A stretch of DNA of 64,000 nt from a virus. The stretch lies in IMG/VR virus record IMGVR_UViG_3300021599_000885; one strand, 5' to 3'. Shown piece by piece: positions 26,153 through 36,226 of the stretch. How positions within the stretch are numbered: the stretch's first letter is position 1; each line of letters opens with the position of its first letter. The position numbers and the translations under genes are program-made. The notes under the pieces are model-generated. The model did not search any database, had not been told where the DNA came from, and worked only from the letters and a program-made list of their open reading frames with translations.

Positions 26153-26941
26153 TTAAGCAATTTTTTTGGTATCAACTCTAGGAATACCATATGTTTTAGC
26201 GTGTATTTCCTTACCAAGATTTTCAGCTTCTGCTGTTCTACCCTGCTTAATTAACTCACGATATTTTTGAACTTCAGGATCCGCTGGTTTTGCCGCTGGT
26301 CTCGCTACAGGTGGAACAACTCTTTTCCTTTCGACTGGTTTTGCTGCTACAGGTTCCACTGTTCTTGATTTTTCTAGTGGTGTTTCAGGCATTGGATCAA
26401 TAGGATCAAATGTTGCCTTTGCCTTTGGTTTGGGCATTGGATCTATTGGATCAAATTTTACTCTTGTTTTTAAATAATTTTGGAATGGAGTTTCTTTAGA
26501 TTGACGTGCTTTTAGTTCACCACTCACTCTTTCCCACTCTTTAGGATTTGCTGCCTTTGTTAATACATCTGCAGTTTTTGTAACAATTCCAGTTAAAAGT
26601 GCTCCACCAAGAACAGACTTAGGAGATACCTTTAAAGATGGTTTTGGACTGACCGTTGGTGAAACCTTTGGAGGAGTTCCAATTTGGAATGCTGCTGGTT
26701 TTGGAGCAGGTTGAGTAGATGCTCCTCTAAAAATATTAGTTAAATTTGTAGGTCCTGATGGTGGTTTGATAGGCATTTTATCAATACCAGTCATCATTCT
26801 ATACATTTTAGAAGCTATTTGCATTCCCTTCATCCAATTCTCATTGATGGTTGACATCATGAAAAGAGATTCTTCATTTGTATTTCCTTCTTCTACAAGT
26901 CTATTAAACACAAAATCATATATGTCTTCTTTAATTTCCAT
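26153..26941 (-). CDS. Hypothetical Pro/Lys-rich protein with a related leader domain
   Basis: DIYDFVFNRLVEEGNTNEESLFMMSTINE; internal FDPIDPMP duplication; ATAAATA upstream. Confidence 0.7.
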   Translation of the reverse strand: MEIKEDIYDFVFNRLVEEGNTNEESLFMMSTINENWMKGMQIASKMYRMMTGIDKMPIKPPSGPTNLTNIFRGASTQPAPKPAAFQIGTPPKVSPTVSPKPSLKVSPKSVLGGALLTGIVTKTADVLTKAANPKEWERVSGELKARQSKETPFQNYLKTRVKFDPIDPMPKPKAKATFDPIDPMPETPLEKSRTVEPVAAKPVERKRVVPPVARPAAKPADPEVQKYRELIKQGRTAEAENLGKEIHAKTYGIPRVDTKKIA

Positions 26942-26956
26942 CTTTCAAACTACTTT

Positions 26957-27100
26957 TTAGATATTTATTAAAAAAGAAGCGTCCCGTGAGAGACGCTTCT
27001 TGAGTGCTTGGCGACGTGCCTTTGCTTGTCGGAGTGCTTGCGGTTTCAGTTTTCGCTTCTGCTCCTTTTTAGAGTGATGCTTCCAGTTTGGGACTTGCAT
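26957..27100 (-). CDS. Small basic protein (47 aa)
   Basis: Manual translation MQVPNWKHHSKKEQKRKLKPQALRQAKARRQALKKRL...; TAATG coupling to gp46. Confidence 0.65.
   Translation of the reverse strand: MQVPNWKHHSKKEQKRKLKPQALRQAKARRQALKKRLSRDASFLINI
26970..27000 (-). terminator. Rho-independent terminator
   Basis: AGAAGCGTC/GACGCTTCT stem followed by a T-run. Confidence 0.7.
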
Positions 27101-28827
27101 TAGTCTTGTGTTGTTGAAGACATTTTACGGGAAAAACCTTTGACTTTCTCAAACCTTATGACACTTTCAAATTTGTCATGTAGGTCTGACTTATGGGAGA
27201 TAACAAAAATATTAGCATCCTTAATCACATAGCGGATAATTTTAAGAAACTCATCAGTTCCAAAACCATCAAGAGAGGAATCAAATACCTCATCCATAAT
27301 CAGCAGGTTTGTATTAGCGGAGTTTTTGACTCTCGCCACTTCTCTCCAAGTGAAAAGTAGGGATAGGTCGATTCTCATTTTCTCACCCTCGCTAAAAGAA
27401 GAATATGAAAAGTCTTCGTGAATGGGTGACTTTACTGTTTCGTTAAACTCTTCGTCAAGATGGAAGTTTATATAAAAATCCATCATCTGAAGGTAACGAT
27501 TTACCTGCTGATTTATGAACGGAAGATACTTCTTAATGATCTTCGTTTTTACACCATCATCCTTAAGTAAGGAATAGGCAAAATCGTGATAGACGATTTC
27601 TTGTTTTCTATCTGAGAGGTCTTCGATTGTCTTTTGGAGATTTGTTCTAAATTCTTCTAGCTTCTCATGTTCAGAATTTCGGTTTGCAAGGTTCTCGGTA
27701 ATTGTTTGAATTTCATGCTCAAGATCTCTGATTTGTCTTTGGTTGAGACTAATCCGAGTATTGTTTTGAGAAATGCCATGCGTTAAATTTGTAATCTCCT
27801 GGGAAAGTGCGGTGAATTGACGCTCTCTCTCTTGTTCGAACTTTATTGTTTGTTCAAGTTCTTCATAACCATCCTTAAGTTCCTTTGCCTTATTTTGAGC
27901 GTCTGTAATTCTATTTAACCGAAACTCTTCCTCAATACTTTGAGTACAGGTAGGGCAGACCGTATTTTCAGTAAAAAACTTATGCTCTTTGGTAATGGCA
28001 GATACCTTTTGAGAAATCTTTCCTTTGAGATTATTGAGCTTTACTAACTTATCTCCCGCTCCAATGACTTCCTCCTGTTCTTTTGCGAATGAATGAATCT
28101 TCTCTTCTATTACTCCATTCTCATCCATATAAATGCCAACTTCTTTATCAAGATTGGTAATCTTTTCTCTATTGGCGTTAATATTGGCATTTCCGCGATT
28201 TTCTAACTCTTCAATAAAGTCTCTTTGCATCTTCATCTTATCTTTTAGAGTTTCTTTCTTCAACTCCAAAGATTTAACTTGCGTTTTCTTCTCTTTAATA
28301 GAATCTTTAAGGATATTATTCATCGCAGAGAAAATACGAATATCCAGAAGATCCTCAATAACCTCACGGCGATTAGAAGAAGTCAACTGCATAAAAGGTA
28401 CAAAAGTACTACTACCCAAAATCACAATCTGAGTAAATGACTTATAGTTTAGTTTGAGAATACTCTCTTCAAGGATACGCTGCATTGCGCGGTCATCTGC
28501 TTCACGATGAAGTGGAGTTCCATTAACCACAATATCAAACACAGAAGGTTTGATACCACGACGTACAAGATACTGACGACTATTAATACTAAACTCAATC
28601 TCAACCACACACTCGCGTTCATTGGTAGTATTCACCAACTGTGGTTTATTGATTTTACGATATGGTTTATTAAACAGTGCAAAAGTAAGTGCGTCCAAAA
28701 TTGTGGACTTACCTGCACCATTTGTTCCAACAACAAGGTTAGTCCTATGTTGATTTAGTTCTACTTCCGTAAACTGATTACCTGTAGAAAGGAAATTACG
28801 CCAACGGATCTTTTGAAAGGTTATCAT
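27100..28827 (-). CDS. gp46: Recombination endonuclease subunit gp46 (SbcC/Rad50-like)
   Basis: GTNGAGKS, CPTC Zn hook, FSEGEK, MDEVFD, ISH. Confidence 0.96.
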   Translation of the reverse strand: MITFQKIRWRNFLSTGNQFTEVELNQHRTNLVVGTNGAGKSTILDALTFALFNKPYRKINKPQLVNTTNERECVVEIEFSINSRQYLVRRGIKPSVFDIVVNGTPLHREADDRAMQRILEESILKLNYKSFTQIVILGSSTFVPFMQLTSSNRREVIEDLLDIRIFSAMNNILKDSIKEKKTQVKSLELKKETLKDKMKMQRDFIEELENRGNANINANREKITNLDKEVGIYMDENGVIEEKIHSFAKEQEEVIGAGDKLVKLNNLKGKISQKVSAITKEHKFFTENTVCPTCTQSIEEEFRLNRITDAQNKAKELKDGYEELEQTIKFEQERERQFTALSQEITNLTHGISQNNTRISLNQRQIRDLEHEIQTITENLANRNSEHEKLEEFRTNLQKTIEDLSDRKQEIVYHDFAYSLLKDDGVKTKIIKKYLPFINQQVNRYLQMMDFYINFHLDEEFNETVKSPIHEDFSYSSFSEGEKMRIDLSLLFTWREVARVKNSANTNLLIMDEVFDSSLDGFGTDEFLKIIRYVIKDANIFVISHKSDLHDKFESVIRFEKVKGFSRKMSSTTQD

Positions 28828-29086
28828 TCAATTTCGGGGGAATAACGATGTCGTTTGGTGTTATCACAGCATATCGATAATTATACATCCTGCACGTCCT
28901 AATAGCAAGTGCTCCATCAACTTCTACTACATCCATCTCAATATCTTCTTCATCTTCCTCAAGCATCATCGCATAGCGATTAGCATCATCTTCCTCTTCG
29001 AACAGAAACAAAACTTTATTTCCTTTTTTATCTTGAACGGCATATGCACCGTCGTCTTTTCTGTCTCTAAGAGTGAGAAGAAACAT
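28796..29086 (-). CDS. DUF3110-like protein
   Basis: VLFLFEEEDDANRYAMMLE...VIPP resembles the cyanobacterial DUF3110 family (from recall). Confidence 0.6.
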   Translation of the reverse strand: MFLLTLRDRKDDGAYAVQDKKGNKVLFLFEEEDDANRYAMMLEEDEEDIEMDVVEVDGALAIRTCRMYNYRYAVITPNDIVIPPKLNDNLSKDPLA

Positions 29087-30126
29087 TACTCAACCTCGCA
29101 CGCTTGTGAATATATCTTCTGCAGAATACCTTTGACGATAGACTTATCACATTCCATTTCTGCTTCATCAATATATCTATTCAAGATAGAAATTGTGTTT
29201 TCACTTTCTTCTACTTCAAAGTCTTCACTTTCATGTATCTCAAAGTTTTCAACAATCTTGAGTTCTTGAATACCAGCGGAATAGAGTTTATCAATAAACT
29301 TTTCAAAGTCTTTTGGTTTACTCTTCTTCTTGACGATTACCTTAACGATCTTACCTTGATACTCACGGGCATCAAAGAGTTTATAGTTGGTATCATCGAA
29401 ATAGATGTTATGAAAGATGCGATAGGGATTATTGACTGGGGTATGCTCTAAGGTCTCAGTATCAAAGATATGGAACCCACGAGTATCATTCACATCATTC
29501 CAATACATCTCATAAGGATTACCTAAGTAGAAGATTTTCCCGTTGTCCGATCGAGTGTGATAATGTCCCGAGAAGACAGTGGTGAACTTCTCAAATAGTT
29601 CGCACTCCATACCATCTTCCATGACGTGCCCACGATGAGCTCTGAATCCGTTGAGCTCAAGGTGCCCCATCGCACAGTTGCTACGTGAAGCTTTAACAGA
29701 TTTGATAGTGTTTTCAAGATTTTCATTATTGATCCAAGGAATAAAAAGTACGTTTAAGTTATCTAGTTTTACCTCTGTTACTTCTGGATAGACAATAACA
29801 TTATTATATTGACTGAGAAGAAGACCAACCGAGTTAACTGAATTGGTATTTTTATAGTAGGCAGTATGGTTACCAACGATAGTGTGGACAGTTATTCCCA
29901 TCTTCTGAAGACGGTCATAATAGTTTTCCTTTGCCCACTCCAATGCCCACAAGTCAATAGACCTTCGGTTATCAAAGGTATCTCCCATATCTACAACAAC
30001 TTTAATGTTGTGCTCCTCAAGATATGGGAAGAAGATATCGTCGTAAAATCTTTTAAAATGGTCGTGAAGGAATTTTGAAGATTTACGAGCACCGAAATGC
30101 TGGTCGCTTATAATTGCTATCTTCAT
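29086..30126 (-). CDS. gp47: Recombination endonuclease subunit gp47 (SbcD/Mre11-like)
   Basis: DQHFG, GDTFD, GNH, SGHYH metallophosphoesterase motifs. Confidence 0.96.
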   Translation of the reverse strand: MKIAIISDQHFGARKSSKFLHDHFKRFYDDIFFPYLEEHNIKVVVDMGDTFDNRRSIDLWALEWAKENYYDRLQKMGITVHTIVGNHTAYYKNTNSVNSVGLLLSQYNNVIVYPEVTEVKLDNLNVLFIPWINNENLENTIKSVKASRSNCAMGHLELNGFRAHRGHVMEDGMECELFEKFTTVFSGHYHTRSDNGKIFYLGNPYEMYWNDVNDTRGFHIFDTETLEHTPVNNPYRIFHNIYFDDTNYKLFDAREYQGKIVKVIVKKKSKPKDFEKFIDKLYSAGIQELKIVENFEIHESEDFEVEESENTISILNRYIDEAEMECDKSIVKGILQKIYSQACEVE

Positions 30127-30638
30127 CGGTTCTTGTAAGTGATAGCGTCTTTGATACTATTATAGTCGGAACTATGCCCAGAAAGCAAGCTATCGTCAAC
30201 CATCATAACCTCATCAAAACCAGTGCGTTCAATAATCTTGGTCTTGATTTCCAGTTGCTTCTTCTCCTTCTGAATGCGTCTCAGGAATGCATAGTGAATG
30301 ATTTGAGTGAAGTAAGCAAATGGGTTCTTAGACTTATCTGGGTCAAAGTTGTGAATATATTGAACACAATTCTCAATTCCGTCAGAAATCATATCGTCCC
30401 TGAACATATAGTTCACAAAGTTTGGCTTATAAGACAAATGAGTTGCAATCTTCAAGAAGCATTCACCAAGATAGTTTGGAATAGGTGGTTTGCCTTCCCA
30501 TCTTTTTGCTCTATCTTCCCTGGTGGGTTCTCTACCGTTGATCTCAGTAAAACTCTTTTCTACCTTCGAACGATAAACAATCAGTGCCTCAAGCAACTCC
30601 TTGTTGTTAACGTAGTGTTCTGATTTCTTTTTAGACAT
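30123..30638 (-). CDS. gp55: Late sigma factor gp55
   Basis: HYVNNKELL...NFVNYMFRDDMISDGIENC...NPFAYFTQI. Confidence 0.95.
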   Translation of the reverse strand: MSKKKSEHYVNNKELLEALIVYRSKVEKSFTEINGREPTREDRAKRWEGKPPIPNYLGECFLKIATHLSYKPNFVNYMFRDDMISDGIENCVQYIHNFDPDKSKNPFAYFTQIIHYAFLRRIQKEKKQLEIKTKIIERTGFDEVMMVDDSLLSGHSSDYNSIKDAITYKNR

Positions 30639-30673
30639 AACATTGGTTTTGTAGATAACTTTTTGTTATGTTA

Positions 30674-30701
30674 ATTATACCACACTTTAAGGACTTGACA
30701 A
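30674..30701 (-). promoter_or_regulatory. Extended -10 promoter for gp55
   Basis: TGG-TATAAT (-10 at 30679-30674) with TTGTCA 16 nt upstream. Confidence 0.65.
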
Positions 30702-30723
30702 AGTATCAAAATGTGTGTAGACT
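30695..30723 (+). promoter_or_regulatory. Plus-strand sigma70-like promoter (antisense to local genes)
   Basis: TTGACA, 17 nt spacer, TAGACT. Confidence 0.55.
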
Positions 30724-30750
30724 ACCTTTGTCCCGGTTGAAGAGAGAGCT

Positions 30751-31179
30751 TTAGCTATCTTTAAGATCTTTATTACTATTATAGATTCTTTCCAAAGTTT
30801 TTCTAGCATCTTCTACTGAAGATACATATCCCATATTCTTTGTTACTTCAGCTTTACCTGCAGAAGAGTTTTGTGGTAGAGATTCATAGTCATCATCATC
30901 TTCTTCAAGATATCTATTGTAAAAATCGATAATATTCTCATCATTAACCTCAGTCATAGTAATAATCTTATCAAGTTTTAAAACAAAGAAATCATCACCT
31001 GGTATTTGCATCCATGGTTTTATTTTTAAACCATAAGCACTACCAGAAGATATTACTTTCATTATTACTGGATTTTGAAGAATAAGTACAGGATCTCCAT
31101 CATTCTCATCAATACAGACAAGAGCAAAGATTTCTTCACCAGTAATTAATTTAATAGAACTATAGAATTCTTCTCCCAT
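30751..31179 (-). CDS. Conserved hypothetical protein downstream of uvsW
   Basis: IKLITGEEIFA...PW...GYVSSVEDARKTLERIY. Confidence 0.8.
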   Translation of the reverse strand: MGEEFYSSIKLITGEEIFALVCIDENDGDPVLILQNPVIMKVISSGSAYGLKIKPWMQIPGDDFFVLKLDKIITMTEVNDENIIDFYNRYLEEDDDDYESLPQNSSAGKAEVTKNMGYVSSVEDARKTLERIYNSNKDLKDS

Positions 31180-32642
31180 TAGTTTTTAAGCGGAATGTTT
31201 ACAATATCATAGTTAAAGTTTTCTTCGTTATAAACTTTAATTCTTTCGATTAAATGATTAAGGGTATAATTTCTCCTAGACTTGTAGGAAATGTCGTCAG
31301 CAATATCATATAAAGTTGCCTTTGTTTTATTATTGCCTTTTCTGAGGACTCTTCCAATACTTTGGAGATTTCTGATTCTGGATTTTGAAGGAGAAGCAAA
31401 AATAACATTGTGGAGATTTTTAATGTTAATACCAGTAGAGAATGTTCCGTATGAAGCAACAATGATTGCGTTGTTTTCTCTTTCTGTAATCTCTCTAACC
31501 TTCTCTCTATCTTCAGTAGCTACTCCACCATGCACAAAGAAGACATGACGATTATCTGCCTTTGAGTTATTTATCATTTCATATAATGGTTGACCATGAC
31601 CTTCTACTCTTGAAAAAAGAATTAGAGTATTGCCTTTAAGATCAAGAGCAAGGTTACGAATAAACTTATTACGTCTTTCGTGATTAATAATATATTGAAC
31701 TTCTTCCTCAAAGTTTTCAAACTTATGTGGTGAGTGTTTCAATAGAAGCACGTTGATGTCCAACTTAGCAACATGTCCCTTTTGCATCAGTTCTTCTGTT
31801 CTGATGATTTTATATGAAGGACCGAATAGACCCTCCAATACCCACTTATGAGTTTGAGTTCCATCAAGAGTCCCTGTAAAACCAAATCTGTATTTTGCAT
31901 CTGAAAGTTTAGACATTATAGATATTAGAGACTTAGATTTGAACTGGTGTGCCTCATCTCCAACAACCACATTAAATCTTGAAAAGTATTGACGGGGAAG
32001 TTTGTAGATAGACTGCCAGGTGGTGATTATCACCTGAGAATCTGTCTCTCTTTCTTTCCCCGCATAGATCTTGTGGCAAAATGAACCGACATCCCATCCA
32101 TAGTCTTCAAAATCTTTATACATCTGTTCTACTAGGGAAGTCGTCGGAACGACTATCAGAGTATTTTGTCCTTTCTCAACGTAATATCTCACAATCGAGT
32201 ATATCATCAGGGACTTTCCAGAAGCAGTTGGAGATATCAGCAGCTTTCTATTATGTCTTAAAGCGTCGTATACTCCCTCTACTTGATATTCACGGGGAGC
32301 GTACTTGCAGATAGAATTCATGTAATCTTTTACACCTTCCTTTGAGATGAAGTCATTTACTTCAAAAGGTGTACCATAAAACTTATTATTTACAAATTCA
32401 AAACTGTAATCATGAGTCTCACAAAATCTTGTGATTTTATCCAACAGACCTACATAAATTTCTCCAGTCTGCGTATTAAATAGACGAATTTTTCCATCCC
32501 AGTATTTGTTACGATACTGAGGCATAAACTTTGCGCCTGGTACATCAAAGGTAAACTGGTCTGCTAATTCATAGTAGACGTGTGGATCTGCTTTTACCTG
32601 AAGATATACTTCGTTCTTTTTTAAAATAACCAAATGAGACAT
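31179..32642 (-). CDS. uvsW: SF2 helicase UvsW
   Basis: SPTASGKS, DEAH, FTGT, QSIGRVLR. Confidence 0.96.
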   Translation of the reverse strand: MSHLVILKKNEVYLQVKADPHVYYELADQFTFDVPGAKFMPQYRNKYWDGKIRLFNTQTGEIYVGLLDKITRFCETHDYSFEFVNNKFYGTPFEVNDFISKEGVKDYMNSICKYAPREYQVEGVYDALRHNRKLLISPTASGKSLMIYSIVRYYVEKGQNTLIVVPTTSLVEQMYKDFEDYGWDVGSFCHKIYAGKERETDSQVIITTWQSIYKLPRQYFSRFNVVVGDEAHQFKSKSLISIMSKLSDAKYRFGFTGTLDGTQTHKWVLEGLFGPSYKIIRTEELMQKGHVAKLDINVLLLKHSPHKFENFEEEVQYIINHERRNKFIRNLALDLKGNTLILFSRVEGHGQPLYEMINNSKADNRHVFFVHGGVATEDREKVREITERENNAIIVASYGTFSTGINIKNLHNVIFASPSKSRIRNLQSIGRVLRKGNNKTKATLYDIADDISYKSRRNYTLNHLIERIKVYNEENFNYDIVNIPLKN

Positions 32643-32676
32643 AACCCATAAGTTTCACCTATGGGTATTTATTGTC

Positions 32677-33108
32677 TCAGTTAAAACCTGCTTGGAAGCG
32701 ATGCCACTCTATGGCGTTTTTGATTTGAAAAGTTCTATTAGAAATCGTCTTGATAATGTCCTCAAGAAACTTCAACATTACATCATAGTATCGAATCTTG
32801 ATATCAATCTTAGTTAACTTCTCATCTGCCTCTAGATGCCTCTGTAAGGCGTCTTTGTCTCTAACTTTATATGGGAAAGGTTCTTCCTCATAAACCTCCA
32901 CTGGTGCCTTTCCAGTGTAATAATTATAGCGTTCTAATTTTACTTTACTGTAAGTCTCTTTTGCTTTTTCACGTAGCAAAGTAATGGTATTATAAACCGT
33001 GTAATACTTTGCATGTAGTTGTGGAATTTTTATTGATTCATCGTGTAGATTATCAGGATCGATTTGGGAATCTCTTTCCCACATCTCCTGAATTTGTTCA
33101 AGGTTCAT
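32677..33108 (-). CDS. uvsY: Recombination mediator UvsY
   Basis: IPQLHAKY...YYTGKA...NRTFQIKNAIEW; position between gp3 and uvsW. Confidence 0.9.
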   Translation of the reverse strand: MNLEQIQEMWERDSQIDPDNLHDESIKIPQLHAKYYTVYNTITLLREKAKETYSKVKLERYNYYTGKAPVEVYEEEPFPYKVRDKDALQRHLEADEKLTKIDIKIRYYDVMLKFLEDIIKTISNRTFQIKNAIEWHRFQAGFN

Positions 33109-33659
33109 AAGCGAGTTCTGCCGTCAGAATCAACGATAATGTATACAGTATACTTGAATGTTGCCTCTGCTGTAAAGTATTGGATATCTGTAGCGGAGGT
33201 ATCAAATTCTAAAGAAGTTAAGGAAACAGGAAACAAGTCTCTAAACTTGACTATGCTGTTTACTCTGTAGTTGCTGTTTAGAATAGATAGACTTCCATCA
33301 CTAAACTGTTCCTGCAATTGATCTTTTTGACCATCAATATCAGTGGTAAGATCGATAAAGTCTTGTGGAGTTTCTGGGAAACCAAGTCCAGTTAACCAGT
33401 TATGAACCGCCATATAATTGGTCATATCTTCATCAACCAAGAACTTGAGGGTTAGATCTCCATAAGTTAATTTTTCACCAGGAATATCAATATCTTTAAG
33501 ATATGATGATTGTGATGCTAACTGTAGATTTATCTCTGGTAGTCTAGCACTGGTGCAGAAAAAATCAACCTTTGGATGCTTAGATAAACTAAACTGAAAC
33601 CCAGTAGGAGAAAGAAAATTTCTGTTTTGTATTTGGTTTCTAAAAGGTGAAACGGACAT
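33105..33659 (-). CDS. gp3: Tail completion / tube terminator (gp3-like)
   Basis: NFLSPTGF...PGEKLTYGDL...FLVDEDMTNY...FPVSL. Confidence 0.85.
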   Translation of the reverse strand: MSVSPFRNQIQNRNFLSPTGFQFSLSKHPKVDFFCTSARLPEINLQLASQSSYLKDIDIPGEKLTYGDLTLKFLVDEDMTNYMAVHNWLTGLGFPETPQDFIDLTTDIDGQKDQLQEQFSDGSLSILNSNYRVNSIVKFRDLFPVSLTSLEFDTSATDIQYFTAEATFKYTVYIIVDSDGRTRL

Positions 33660-33683
33660 TATCAGTTTTATTTGTATTTAGAT

Positions 33684-33708
33684 AAAAAAAGGGGGTCCGA
33701 AGACCCCC
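33684..33708 (-). terminator. Terminator after the major capsid gene
   Basis: GGGGGTC-TTCG-GACCCCC followed by T7. Confidence 0.9.
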
Positions 33709-33730
33709 CTGATAGATATGTGAATCGAGA

Positions 33731-35107
33731 TCACATGAGATTCTGAACCTTGACTCTTCTGTAGTAACGGTTGACGTTCTGGGTAAGAGCGCCAGCGCCA
33801 ACGGTGGTTCCTTCCGCGAATGGGTTTGCGACCATGCCGTAGCGGGTCTTAAAGCCAATCTTGGGCTGGAAGGTGTCCTGACCAACGGCACGAACCATTT
33901 GGAGAGGAACGTATGGGCAGTAGAAGAGACCAGCGTCATAAGGTGAAGAACCCTTATAACCAGCAACGTAGTACTGATCAGCACCAAGGTTTGCCGAATA
34001 TGGGTCAATGTAGACGCGGAACTTACCAGCAAGAATACCTGCGAAGGTGTTGCCGGTGTCGTCAACGTTGAGGTTAGCGTTGAGTGCAGGGGTGTAATCA
34101 AGTACACCAGCCATGGTGAGGGCGGAAGCAACGTCTGCGGAGCAGAGGATCATGTTGCCCTTTCCTCTACGAGTTCTCTGGGCGATAGCGTTAGCGTCAC
34201 GCTCGATCTGGAAGATCAGACCCTTGAACTTCTCAACTGACCAACGACCGTTGGAGTCAACGTCGAGGTCGAAAGCGCCTTGGGTAGCTACGTTAGTAGC
34301 AGCACCTTGCTCAGCAACTCTGTAGATGGTTCTGATGACTTCGCGGTTGATCTCAGCAAGAATCTCAGTTGAGAGAATGTTTGCGAGTTCAGCCTCAGCA
34401 TTCAGACCATGAATTGCCTTGAGGTCCTGAGCGAGTTCTAACGAGTACTCAGCTTTCAGAGCTCTTGACTTGGCGGTAACGGTGACCTTCTCGATCGAGA
34501 ATGCCATTTCGTTGAACGCACCGATGCCGTCACCTAGGTTCTCAGCATCGTCGGTACGCAGACCCTGACCTACGCTGTAGGTGTCGCCAACAATACCTGA
34601 AGTTGGGTTAAGAGCAGCAGGGTTTGAACCAGCCTGACCGGTTGTACCCATACCAACAGCACCAGCGGTGAAACCAGCGGTACGGTTGAAGTTGCTGTCC
34701 TGACCAGAGAATGCGGAATCTGCCTCATTGAACAGAGCTTCAGCACCACCTTGGGTCTTATACTTGGAGCGCATTGCGAAGATGAGTCCAGTAGGACCAC
34801 TCATTGGTTGAACGCCAGCGAGGTCATAAGCGACCAGGTTAGGCATTGAACGACGGATCAGGGAGATCAGAACTGGATCGAAACCAGCAACGGTCTGACC
34901 ACCTGCTGAGGTGTAACCACCGTTACCAACAGCGTTGGTTGGTGATTCGTGAAGGAATTCGCGCTCTTCACGAAGAGCGATTTCTTGGTTCTCCAGGAGT
35001 TGAGCAGTAACGGCTCTACGATGGGAATCCTTGATAGGATCCATACCATCATAGTCCAGAAGGGGTGCCCACTTCTCCTGCAGATGCTCGTTTAGGGGCA
35101 TTTGCAT
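33731..35107 (-). CDS. gp23: Major capsid protein gp23
   Basis: GVQPMSGPTGLIFAMR, KSRALKAEYSLELAQDLKAIHGL, FQPKIGFKTRYG. Confidence 0.98.
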   Translation of the reverse strand: MQMPLNEHLQEKWAPLLDYDGMDPIKDSHRRAVTAQLLENQEIALREEREFLHESPTNAVGNGGYTSAGGQTVAGFDPVLISLIRRSMPNLVAYDLAGVQPMSGPTGLIFAMRSKYKTQGGAEALFNEADSAFSGQDSNFNRTAGFTAGAVGMGTTGQAGSNPAALNPTSGIVGDTYSVGQGLRTDDAENLGDGIGAFNEMAFSIEKVTVTAKSRALKAEYSLELAQDLKAIHGLNAEAELANILSTEILAEINREVIRTIYRVAEQGAATNVATQGAFDLDVDSNGRWSVEKFKGLIFQIERDANAIAQRTRRGKGNMILCSADVASALTMAGVLDYTPALNANLNVDDTGNTFAGILAGKFRVYIDPYSANLGADQYYVAGYKGSSPYDAGLFYCPYVPLQMVRAVGQDTFQPKIGFKTRYGMVANPFAEGTTVGAGALTQNVNRYYRRVKVQNLM

Positions 35108-35158
35108 TTGATCTTTACCTCTTTTAAAAAGTTAGTTTGAACTGTTATTATTTAGAAA

Positions 35159-36226
35159 TCACTTTTTAGCGACTCTTCTCAGAGTATCCATGTAGGATTC
35201 CATTAATGGTGATGCTGATACTTGACCAACAACACTGGTGCCTTCAGAGATAGTCTCTGAGTGGTCTCTTTGAGCGCCAGCGTGCTCTGGGAAGTAAGAC
35301 TTCTTCAGAGTTACTAGCTTCTCACGATAGTCTGACTCACTTTCAAACTCAACATTTTCGGCAAGAGTAGCGAGCTTGTCTTTCTGAGAAAGGGCAAGTC
35401 CTTCAGCGACTTCTGCAAAGATTACATCAGCAACTGACTCGGCTAATCTCCTATTAAGAGCAACATTTCTTTCGATTTGCTCGTTGAGTTTAGACTCCAT
35501 TTCATCTAGTTTATCTACCATGCTCTCGATTACATCATATCTATCTTCAGGGATGGTTACATAATGTTCTTCAAAAAGACCCTTCATTCCAGCGAGGAAT
35601 GATTCGGTCATTTCAGTCTTAAGACCGTGCTCAACAGCGAGAGCGTTCTCTTGGATCCACTCATCGGCAACATACTCAAGGTATGCGTCGAGTCTTTCGG
35701 TCAGACCTTCTTTAATAGTTTCAATCTCTTCTACAAGAACAGTCTCGTATGCAGATTGAAGATTTTCCTTGATTTCGTTAACCTTTGATGTGATAGCAGC
35801 TTCGAAAATAGTGCGTGCCTTCTCTTGGAATTCCTCAGAAAGCTCTTCGCCTTCGAAGAGAGCTTGAACATCTTCTTCGATGTTGAACTCAGGTGCTTCC
35901 TCTTCGGTGACGACTTCCTCTGCAGAGATTTCTTCTTCAGAGATTTCCTCTTCAGTTACCTCTTCTTCTTCAGCAACAACTTCTTGCTCTTCATCAGCCT
36001 CAACTTCCTCGGCTCTAGCGGCTCTGGCGTTGACTACATTTTTGACTTGAGCAAGGGTCTTGCCTGGGGTCTCCAGTTTATTGGAGTCGTCGTCGGGTCT
36101 TGAGTTCTCGGGGGTAGGACCACCAAGATCCTCATAAGGAACACCGCTAGCTTGCATTGGTTCAGCAGGTGCAGCGTTTTGTGTTACTACGTTTTCCATT
36201 TCCTGTAAGTTGCTATCAGCGGACAT
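35159..36226 (-). CDS. gp22: Prohead core scaffold gp22
   Basis: Very acidic; LSEEFQEKARTIFEAA, YLEYVADEW; position between gp21 and gp23. Confidence 0.93.
   Translation of the reverse strand: MSADSNLQEMENVVTQNAAPAEPMQASGVPYEDLGGPTPENSRPDDDSNKLETPGKTLAQVKNVVNARAARAEEVEADEEQEVVAEEEEVTEEEISEEEISAEEVVTEEEAPEFNIEEDVQALFEGEELSEEFQEKARTIFEAAITSKVNEIKENLQSAYETVLVEEIETIKEGLTERLDAYLEYVADEWIQENALAVEHGLKTEMTESFLAGMKGLFEEHYVTIPEDRYDVIESMVDKLDEMESKLNEQIERNVALNRRLAESVADVIFAEVAEGLALSQKDKLATLAENVEFESESDYREKLVTLKKSYFPEHAGAQRDHSETISEGTSVVGQVSASPLMESYMDTLRRVAKK

Noticed and set aside
33640-34131. 163-aa alternative-frame ORF overlapping the gp23 3' end
   Set aside because: Low-complexity Ser/Thr/Leu product typical of an off-frame read of a strongly biased gene; it crosses the gp23 terminator.
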